Positions 54,077 to 64,000 of a stretch of DNA of 64,000 bases are shown here, one piece after another; within the stretch, counting starts at the first letter, position 1; each line of letters begins with the position of its first letter. The stretch is from contig OZ024740.1 of assembly GCA_964016885.1 (NCBI GenBank), positions 424,142,001-424,206,000 of the forward strand, in the 5' to 3' direction. This DNA comes from Eledone cirrhosa (Eukaryota). The notes below the pieces were generated by a model, which did not search any database, was not told the DNA's origin, and was given only the letters and a program-made list of their open reading frames with translations. The translations under genes were made by a program, and so were the position numbers.

Positions 54077-54960
54077 CATGTATGTGTGTATGTGTATATA
54101 CATGTGTATATATGTATGTACATGTGTATGTGTATATATATCTTTCCACCTTTCTCTCCTTGTCCCCATCCTTATTCCAGAGAAATATGTGTGAAGAGAT
54201 AATTTCTTAGTTCTGTTACTTGTCATTATAATAGTGATTGATGATGTGTTAGTTTCTGAATTAAATTTTCTTTTTCAAAATATATTTACTTTTCTGTGTA
54301 TGTTATGACTCAAATACTATCATCATCATCATTTAACATCCACTTTCCCTGCCAGCAAGTGTTGGACGGGTCTACATAGACCAAATCAGTACCAAAGTAG
54401 TGGCTGCTATGTATGTATGTATATATATATATATATGTGTGTGTATCATCGTTGTTGTTTTAATGTCTGCTTTCCCTGCTGGGTCAGTACTGAAGCAGGA
54501 CTATTGACATCCCAGGCAGGCCAAGGGGTCTGCATCCCATTTATGTATGGTAATACTGAGTGCAGAGGAGAAATAGTCATGTCTTTTGACACAAACTGAA
54601 GGGTTCTCCCAACCCCTTGTTTGGCAAGCTTTCTACTAACCCATGGACAATTCCTCACCACACTGTTTAATCTGTCTGTGGTGCAACTATATGTAGACAG
54701 TCCCTGATTGGGCAGTCTTATGGCTTATGATGTTCCAGCTGTGACCATTCTATCTTTTTGTCCACTATTTGTCCAATGTTTCCTTTTAAGACAGTCATAT
54801 GTGATATGAGGAATATCTGGCTACTGACTCTAGCTGGTTGAGCAACCATGTAAAAGCTTGCTTGTTAGCTTGTAACAGAAAAAGTGGGTAAACAAGATAA
54901 ATTATCTTTCCTTGTTTCTCTTTTTGGCATATGAACGGATCCTATTTTACTAGGTCCATT

Positions 54961-55398
54961 ATTAGCAGTCTTGGTAGAGTGTCTGACAACCCGCTTTGCA
55001 ACATAGGGTTACTGCCTTTTATGTTTTGAGTTCATATCTTGTCGAAGTTAGCTTTACCTTTCATCTTTATGGGGCCGATAAAATAAAGTACCAGTAATGC
55101 ACCAGGGTCGATTTAATTGACTTCCCCTCCCCTGAAATTGTTAGCATTGTACCTAAATCAGAAACAATTATTACAAAAGAAATCACTTTTTTTTTTCTTT
55201 GGATAGGAAAACTCCAGCTAATTTAATCAGATGTAACAACAGATTCTACCCCCTTACTGGATTCCAAAATAACAAAAATAATGGATTCAGATTTAGGTAC
55301 AAAGCCAACAATTTTGGGGGAAGGAAAGTCAATTAAATTGACCCCAGTGTGTGTTACTGGTACTTTATTTTATTGATCTTGTAATGTTGAAAGGCACA
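54961..55398. mobile_element. Major SINE copies at 54961-55172 (+) and 55283-55398 (-)
   Basis: Central domain and tail in opposite orientations. Confidence 0.8.
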
Positions 55399-55776
55399 AA
55401 ATAATAATAATGTAGGTATCAGGCCTCAAATCGTAGGGAAAAGGCCCATAACATCAAATGTTGTCTATAACTGGTACTTTATCAACCCTCAAGTGATGAA
55501 AGGTAAAATCCGACTGTAATATAACTAAACAAATATTTATACCTATATTGAATCTGACAAATTTACATCTCTATAAGGCATATGGCAGAGAGCCAACCAT
55601 TTTTCAAATAATTTACAAATAAAAACAAACAACAGTCTAACAATTACATCATGGATGATTTATTTTAGTCACTTTAAAAATTAACAAATACTTTATTATC
55701 ATCAGTGAAGGTATGTGGCCTAATAGTTAGGGTGTTGGACTTATAAATGTTGGGGGCTCAATTCCTGGACTGGGTA

Positions 55777-55827
<51 letters not shown>

Positions 55828-55829
<2 letters not shown>

Positions 55830-56165
55830 TAGCTTAGTGATTAGAGCATAGGTCATGCAATCGGGAAGTTGTGAGTTCAGTTCTGAGACTGAGTGATGTG
55901 TTGTGTCCTTGAGCAAGACACTTTATTTTCACATTGCTCCAGTTTACTCAGCTGCAGAAATGAGTTGCAATATCACTGGTGTCAAGTTAAATCGACCATT
56001 CCCTTTCCCTTGGACAACATCGTAGGTGTGGAGAGGGGAGACTGGTATGAAAGGGAGATTGCTGGTCTTCCACAAACAACTTTGCCCGGACATGTGCCTC
56101 GGAAGGGAACTTTCTTGGTGCAAATTCCATGGCCATTCGTCACTAAAGGGTGTCTTTACTCTTAC
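55828..56165 (+). mobile_element. tRNA/CORE-like SINE, near full length
   Basis: gcttagtgattaga (A box), gagttcagttc (B box), tgtgtccttgagcaagacactt, unique tail ending ctttactcttac. Confidence 0.7.
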
Positions 56166-56190
56166 ACATATACACAAATATAAAAATATA

Positions 56191-58173
56191 CAGGGTGTAT
56201 CAGAAGGGCCAATATTTCAAAAGACTATATCTTTTAAACAAATGACCATACAAATGCAGTAACTTGTACAATACTTGTCTGAATCATCATCATCATCATC
56301 GTTTAACGTCCATCTTCTACGCTTGCATGGGTTTGGACGGGAGTTTTCCCACTTGAGGCAAGATTGGTTGTCCTGCTCGTATAGGACTGTCTGGCAGGTT
56401 TTGTATGGCTGGATGCCCTTCCTAACACCAACCACATTTACAGTGTGGACTGGGAGGTTTTTACTGTGTTACCTACACGGCCACATTACAGTGTGGACTG
56501 TGTGTTTTTTTGTCGTGACACCTACACGTCTGGCGAGTTTTCTACGGCTGGGTGCCCTTCCCAACAACAACCACGTTTACAGTGTGGACTGGGAGGTTTT
56601 TACCGTGTTATACACGGCCACATTACAGCGTGGACTGGGAGGTTTTTTGTCATGACATCTACACGGCCTCATTTGTTTCGGACTGGATGTTGTGGTACCA
56701 ACATAACTTCACATTTAAGGGGGTGGTGTGGATGGGGTGGGGGTAGTGGGACGGGGGTGTATTTTGTTAGAGGTGCCTACTGACTGTAGGTTTCGCTTTG
56801 TACTTAGGCAAGGCGGGTCTTCTGTATGACTGTGTAGCGCCAAAGATCTCGGTTCAGTGACATTGTCTTGGAGAGGTGTAAGTGTGTGAGGTCGGAATTT
56901 ATCAAGTCGTCCCAGGTTTTTCTGGGTCTACCTACTCCGTGGCTACCGTCTATTTTTATCGCCCTGCACTTTTTTATACAGCTGTCGTCTTTCATGTGCA
57001 TCACGTGACCGTACCAACGTAGTCTTCTCTCGAGTAAACAACATCTGATCCCTCTTATTCCTAATTTCTCCCTTTGTTCATTTATGCTTTGCCGTTCACG
57101 TATATTACTATTACACATCCAGCGGAGCATGCAATTTCGTTTCTCTCCAGTCTGCGTATATCCTCTGCACACAATGCACAGGTCTCACTGCCATGTAACA
57201 TTGCTGTTCGTATGCAGGCATCATACATCCTACCTTTCATTTTTAGAGAGAACCCTTTAGCGGGCAATAGTGGTATAAGCTCTCTGAACTTTTTCCATCC
57301 CGTTCTGACTCTAGCTACTGTACTTTCAGAGTACCTTCCCCCACTGCTGATTTTGTCACCCAGGTAACGGAAGGTGTCCACTATTTCTATAGAACCATCT
57401 GTGCAATGGAATGAGCTAGTATTCTGTGGGCACTTGCTGCTATTTATTGCACCAGAGCACCGGCCACATATAAAATCTATATTCTTAGTTAGCTTACCTG
57501 TGATCCCACTACATCTTTTATGCACCCATACTTTGCATTTGGGACATAAAATGGAGTTTCTACCTACTCCTTTCCTACACACTGAGCATGGCCATTTCCC
57601 AGATGGGACCGTGCCCTATTTTCCTTCCTACAAACTAGAACTTTAGTCTTAGACAAGTTAACTTTAAGGCCTTTTGATTCTAGGCCATGCTTCCATGTTT
57701 GGAACTTCTTCTCTAGTTCAGCCATTGATTCAGCTATGATCGTTAGATCATCTGCATATAGGAGTTCCCATGGGCAGCCGGTCTTGAACTCCTCTGAAGG
57801 GCAATAATAAATAGTAGGGGGCTAAGAATGGAGCCCTGATGAACACCAACTTTACGCTAAACTCTTCACTATATTCGTTGTTAATTCTAACCTTGCTGTC
57901 TCTTTCTTTATACATGGCTTGTATAGCTCTCACAAGCCATTCATCAACACCTAGTTTTCTAAGAGCCCACCAGATAATGGAGCGGGGGACTCTGTCAAAG
58001 GCTTTCTCCAAGTTAACAAAAGCTAAGTATAGGGTTTTACTTTTAGCTAGGTACTTCTGAAAATAAAGTTTTATTCTTCTTTTATAACTTTTATAAATTT
58101 TTATAACTTTTTATAAATTTTTATAAATTTATAAATATTATTAATAGAATCTGCTTCTTTTCGATACACCCTG
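56191..58173. mobile_element. Tc1/mariner-type MITE interrupted by an RTE insertion
   Basis: TA-CAGGGTGTATC at 56189-56201 and inverted GATACACCCTG ending at 58173. Confidence 0.6.
56283..58058 (-). mobile_element. 5'-truncated RTE LINE, same family as 43218-45170
   Basis: EKAFDRVP, YADD region, Cys/His finger, RLRWYGHV, (GAT)n tail; several frameshifts; ~140-bp duplication in the 3' UTR. Confidence 0.95.
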
Positions 58174-58214
58174 TCTATGTGTGTATATATATATATACAC
58201 ACACACACAAATAT

Positions 58215-58299
<85 letters not shown>

Positions 58300-59825
58300 C
58301 ACACACACACACAAATATATACATTCATACATACACATATTTATTAACAATTTAACTTTATTTGCTTTACCAAATCGTTCCATGAGCTCTTTTAGATGTG
58401 ATAAAAGAAATATGTAAAATATGAAATGAAGAATCTGTCGGACTGTTATTTGAGGAACAGACAGTGTTATATCAACTCTAGTAAGATGAGAGACAGTCGA
58501 CAATATGGCGGCTGATTGTGTTGGTTATCGGCTGCTCTAAAACAGTTGGTTGCTAGTTGTTAGTAAGCAGTGTTGTTGTGTATCTGACGTCGCTATAGAG
58601 TCAATGTCTATATCATATCATTCTGGTAATGCCACTGCTGGTGGCAGATTGGCTTGACGATAAGGAAAGGCATTCATTCATTTGGTGTATTTATGCTGGG
58701 AATTGGTGACCCTGTTCGAGGGTGGGGGTTAAATGGGTTCTTGTGCGACACCTGGTGCCAGTTACTTGGAGTTGGTTCACAAGGTGGTTCTCCAATGACA
58801 GCAAAATCTCAGGGCAGAATTATTCAAGTTCAACTAAAGCTCAACTGTACCTTTCATTCTTGGCATAGGGTTAGAGCAGGGTTAATAAAATAGAATACCA
58901 GCCATGTTCTATAAAATAGAGTACTGGTCATGTTCTCGGGTTGATTCTATTAACAAACATCTCTCCACCCCCACTCTACCATACACACAATTTTTAGTTT
59001 TGTGTCCATGTTAGAAATGATCTTAGGTGTTCTTCATCAGAGCTAGCCTAGAGGTAAATAACATCAACACACACACACAGATTGACTGTTACATTTAACT
59101 CACCTTTTCTTTCAACAGAAGACAGCAATAGTATTTCTTACTGACAGTGTCAGGATGGGTTTGTAGGGGGTTGAGTGGGTGTAGGAATAGGTGGGCCTGT
59201 TAGAGAAACACTGAATATACACAGTTCTGATCAATATTGGATTGTGCTATATATACTGTAATGGCCAGTAGATTGGTAAATTATTTATTGACAAACACAA
59301 CTGGGACAGGATAAACTGTGTTATAGAAACACAAGTATTGATTGGGAAGCAGGCTTTTGCTAAAGCCAATATTCATCCATAAAGTTGTGTGTGCATATGT
59401 GATTGATTGTGCATGTGGGTATATGTGTGCATGTGTGTGTATGCATGCGTATATACCTTTCCTCTCTCTCTCTCTCTCTCTCATATATGTGTGTGTGTTT
59501 GTATATGTATGTATTTGTATGTGTACATATATGTATTTGTATATACATGTGTTTGTATGTATATATATATATATATATATATAATCATTTAACATTCATT
59601 TTTCAATGCTATACTTTGTTATACTATGGTAGGGTCATGTTACCAATAAAATCTCAGGCATCAGTTGAGCTTCACTTTGGTTTTTATTAGTCAGCTAACT
59701 AATCTATTGGTTGGTTTAACAACCAGATTATTTAATTGTCAAAGCTCTTTCATCAGACATTTTGTAGCTTCCTCATTGATTGTTTTGGTCTACTATGTGT
59801 CTTCAGCTGTCTGTTCATGTCTGTA

Positions 59826-59983
59826 CAGGGCCATATTTAGACGGTTTGGAGGGGGGGGGCTAGTTCAGAGAAACCCAGGCAGTTCAGGTTTGGGGGACCA
59901 AAGGTTGTTCCTAGATGGGGCCCTGTTTGACAAGAGGTGCCCAGAGCATTCACCTCCTCTGCTCCCCAATAAATCCGGCCCTG
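59826..59983. mobile_element. hAT-like MITE, 158 bp
   Basis: TIRs CAGGGCCatATTTA and TAAATCCGGCCCTG; target-site duplication not clean. Confidence 0.65.
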
Positions 59984-60039
59984 TGTGTATGTGTCTCTAT
60001 ATATTACTACTCTCTGTGTTTGTTTACCTTTATCTGCAT

Positions 60040-60252
60040 GATCACTGTATACCCTAGTCACTGTATACCCTGGTCTGTATATAGACAGGTCAGTGTATAC
60101 CATGGTCTGTATATACCCAGGTCAGTATATACCCTGGTCTGTATATACCCAGGTCAGTGTATACCCTGGTCAGTGTATACCCTGGTCAGTGTATACCCTG
60201 GTCTGTATATACCCAGGTCAGTGTATACCCTGGTCAGTGTATACCATGGTCT
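60040..60252. repeat. 16-bp minisatellite GGTC(A/T)GT(G/A)TATACCC(T/A)
   Basis: About 13 imperfect tandem copies. Confidence 0.9.
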
Positions 60253-60574
60253 GATACTTTTCTATTGAGGGTATGATGGGGGGGGGGGGTCTGTGCACTC
60301 TTGTATATCTATTCTTATGAATCTTGCAAAACAAAATGATGTATGCATTTATATATATGTGTGTGTGTGTGTGTGTGCATATACAGTATATGTGTATGTA
60401 TGTATGTATATATACACACACACACAAGGGTTCCTTATAAAACCCATCATTATCAATGTCAGTTACATCATTGTCACAGAATTGTAAAAAACTATAAACA
60501 TTTTATATTTTGTATGAATAAATTGTCACTCCTCACATTGCCATAAATATACATACATTTAAAGCTATATAAAA

Positions 60575-61088
60575 TAATAATGAAATTATTGTTTACAGTG
60601 CTCAGGTGCACTACAACTCATCAAAGGTGCATGTATAGTACATAGAATAACGTACAAATGTCAGGAAAATTAACAGTTTATGAGTCATGAAATACATGTG
60701 TACGTGTGTTTGGAGGGGGAATATTAGGTTTAGAGTTGGCGAATTTCAGGAAGCATGGAGGTTTTGAAGGATGCATTGTCTCAACAGCTAACAACTGATG
60801 CAGGTAGTTTGTTCCATGCTTCAGCAACTCTGAGTGTGAAAAAATGTTTCCGAATGTCATGGGAGCTCTGCTGTTTTCTGACTTTGTTGGCATGCTCACG
60901 TGTGTTAGACACATGGAAATCAAAAAGGTGCTCTGGGTTGTTGTTGGCAAGATGGTTAATTTTGTGGGTGTTTACCAAGTCTGTTGCCAGACGTTGGAGC
61001 TTCAATGTATTCATGCCCAGGGAAGCAAGGTGTTCAGAGTATGGTAGATGCCTCATGGAGGGTATTCACTTGGTTGCACATCTCTGAA
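60575..61088 (-). mobile_element. CR1-type LINE 3' end
   Basis: LPYSEHLASLGMNTLKLQRLATDL...NTREH...RKHFFTLRVAEAWNKLP, followed by the 3' UTR and (ATT)n. Confidence 0.9.
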
Positions 61089-61392
61089 TAGTTATATACT
61101 ATACTATATATACATACATTTAAACTACACACTATACATACTATACAATATATACATACATTTAAAACTATATACTATAATATATAGACATACATTAAAA
61201 CTATATACATACATTTAAAACTACATACTATAATATACATACATTTAAACTATATACTCTACTATATAGACAAAATAACATTAGTTTAACCTTTTATTCA
61301 TTATTCACATTTCTTAACTATCTTAATATATTCCTAAAAATCTAGCACAATCTCCTTCAGTCATCAAAGCTTGGTGTTGATTACGTTATGTC

Positions 61393-61762
61393 TTAACCCT
61401 TTACCAACCCAGCCCAATAGACCACACAACCGAGTCCAGGACTCAAACCCACAACATTATGGTCTTAAGTTCAACACCCTTACCAATAGACCACACACCT
61501 CCACACAACCCAGTCCAGGACTCAAACCCACAACATTATGGTCTTAAGTCCAACACCCTTACCACTATAAAATAAAGTCACCCATTTTAAAGGTTTCCAA
61601 TTTAAATTAAAATCTTCCAACATAATTTTATATAAGAACCTTACATTAAGTCACTATCTTAGTAATGAAATAATTAATAATTTTAGTAAATCCCTCAGAA
61701 TTCTTCCTCTATTAATTTAAATAGAGGGTATTTCATTAGAAATGTGGTCGTGAAAAGATTAA
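61393..61762. mobile_element. piggyBac-type MITE containing a duplicated tRNA-like SINE head (61414-61566, - strand)
   Basis: TTAA-CCCTTT...AAAGA-TTAA ends; ~80-bp duplication agtccaggactcaaacccacaacattatggtcttaagt..aacacccttacca. Confidence 0.55.
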
Positions 61763-62094
61763 ATATATAATTTGATAAAAACTGGGGCTGGCTTTAACAC
61801 CACCCATTGGCCTTTGGGTGCTAAGCAGAGCCTACTTTGTGTCAAGCATTTGAAAGAGATCTCCAGCATTTCAGGACATTTTCCTTTCTTCCTTATTTAG
61901 CAGTTAAGAAAGAAAGGTTCTCTCCTTACTTCATCAGAGTAGAAAATATAATTATTTCATCTTCAGTAGAAGAACCCTTTCTGAGATGTTAGAATTAATT
62001 TCTCCACTAAACATCCAAACTTATATATATTGATATATTGAGTTTTACATATGCAGATCACCATTATTAGTTTACTTAATATCTTATATTTCAG

Positions 62095-62724
62095 TGGGGT
62101 GTTAAACAACATGCTTTACAGCATAGAGTTTACATTTTAAGTTCAAATCCTGCTGAGATTGCTTTGCCTTTCATCCTTACATGGTCGATAAAATAAAGTA
62201 CCAGTAACACAGTGAGGTTGATTTAATTGACTTTCCCCCCTCCAAAATGTCTGGCCTTGAGCCTAATCAGAAACAATTATTATTATTATTAATCCCTTTA
62301 TGATCTGAGTTCAAATCCCGCCGAGGTTAACTTTGCCTTTCGTTCTTATGGGGTCGATAAAATAAAGTACCAGTAATGTACTGGGTAATTGCTGACCTTG
62401 TGCCTAAAATAGAAACAATTATTATTAATTGGTAGAGCATCGGACAACATGCTTTGTAACATATAGCCATAGCCCTCTATATTCTGAGTTCAAATCCCCT
62501 CTCCCAAAATTGTTGGCCTTGTGCCTACTAGATCAGAGACGCAGTATCGGTAGACGGTCTGACGCCATGCTTTGCAGCATAGAGTTACGGCCCTTACCAT
62601 TCTGAGTTCAAATCCTGCCGAGGCTAACTTTGCCTTTCATCCTTACGTGGTCGATAAAATAAAGTACCAGTAATACACTGGGATAATTGCTGGCCTTGTG
62701 CCAAAAGTAGAAACAATTATTATT
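62095..62724 (+). mobile_element. Head-to-tail cluster of four major SINE copies
   Basis: Repeated B box, central domain and tail. Confidence 0.9.
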
Positions 62725-63759
62725 CTTTTTAGGGGTTATATGAGGTGAAGTGTATTTCAGATGGGGTGAAGTGTATTTCAGATGGGGTGAAGTGTGTCAC
62801 ACTTTGTTTTATTTACATTCTACTGCTGCTCCTTACTATTCCTCTCTATATCACATAAAAACACATTGAGAATAAGGTGAAAGAAGTTGGAACTTGTAGC
62901 TATCTGTGTGTGTGTGTGTAATAAGTTATATTTGCCCTCCATTCCACCACTACAGACTACACTCTCCTCCCTACCACAGTCAACACTAACACCAACACAG
63001 TTGTTGAGCATTTCAATTTTAACACGCAACCAAAAGAATACATATTCTTGCATATGCATACATATTTACATGAGTATGTGTGTATACATATTTATGTCTG
63101 TATGTATGTATGTGTTTATGTGTGCATATTGTTGCATGTACACACCCACGTGATGATGATGTTTAGCACAGAAGACAGCCTAAATTTCCTGTTCCTACCA
63201 GCAGCATTATGTGTCAACAATGACATTCACATGGAAATATGGAAACTTCAATCTATGAATTCTATTATGAATAGACTGCTTTTTTTTTTCTTTCTCTCTC
63301 TCTCTCTCCCTCTCTCTCACACTCTGACTTTCTCTCACTCTCTTTCTCGCCCTTTCTCTCCTCTCTCACCCTCTTTCTCTCTCTCCGTTCTCCTTTTATT
63401 TTTGTTTATTTCTCTTCTTTTCCAATATTCTTCCCAAGAATTGGTTATCACTTGGGAGTTTACACATCGCGTTCACCATGTAGCAATTCCACAAAACACA
63501 GTCTTTGCTAAAATATATGCTAATGACATAATACCATTGCTACCAAGAATTGGATGAATATTTAAGTGTGTGTGTTAATTTAACCTTTTCAAATACATAT
63601 ACATCTTAACAGGAGATAAATAAATGGATGACTGCATGGTATTTGACTTAGGAAAGAGAAAAAAATAGCAGTGAGTGGATATTACAGTTTTGAGTTCAAA
63701 TTTACACAGATCAATTGGTGACAGTTGCTTCTGACAGGACCTGCTGGAATAACCAAATG

Positions 63760-63899
63760 AGGTTTATTTTTCAACATAGTCCCTGGAAAGAAACAATGCA
63801 GTTATTAATTAGAAGAGTTGAAATTAATGCATGCACGATTTCACAGCTCTAGCATCATCCTTCTAAGTCAGCCTATGAACTTCTTTGCTAACCCTCGTA
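63760..63899. mobile_element. Mariner-like element end
   Basis: Reverse complement TA-CGAGGGTTAGCAAAGAAGTTCATAGGCT resembles mariner TIRs; internal ttatttttcaacata motif. Confidence 0.45.
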
Positions 63900-64000
63900 T
63901 AAACATGAAGGGTATGAATCTGAGTACAGTAGTATCAATATCCATTTTCTTGAACCTTAAACAAGCCAATGTGGTTGTTTGATTTGCTAGTATTAGCATT

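Overview
AT-rich eukaryotic DNA made almost entirely of repeats, probably intronic or intergenic. The SINE, RTE and CR1 families and the 5S sequence suggest an octopus or other coleoid cephalopod (inference). I found no convincing host protein-coding exon; most long ORFs are artefacts of microsatellites or satellites. Recognisable content: the 5' end of a hAT (Buster/Charlie) transposon, three copies of an RTE LINE with a Cys/His finger inside the RT region, an RTE-type endonuclease fragment, R4/Dong-, Tx1/L1- and CR1-type LINE 3' ends, Penelope-like element (PLE) RT and GIY-YIG fragments, about 30 tRNA-derived SINE copies, MITEs, a 5S rRNA retrocopy, a 7.3-kb 21-bp satellite, and 45-, 51- and 25-bp minisatellites. 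The most notable observations are: (1) a series of type I hammerhead ribozyme motifs in (TA)n-bounded islands, including one with a 22-bp perfect stem II and two with variant cores; (2) two independent RTE copies sharing the same -1 frameshift at a G_GGA_AAU slippery-type heptamer; (3) a SINE copy with strongly A>G-biased substitutions. Coordinates were counted by eye and may be off by a few bases.
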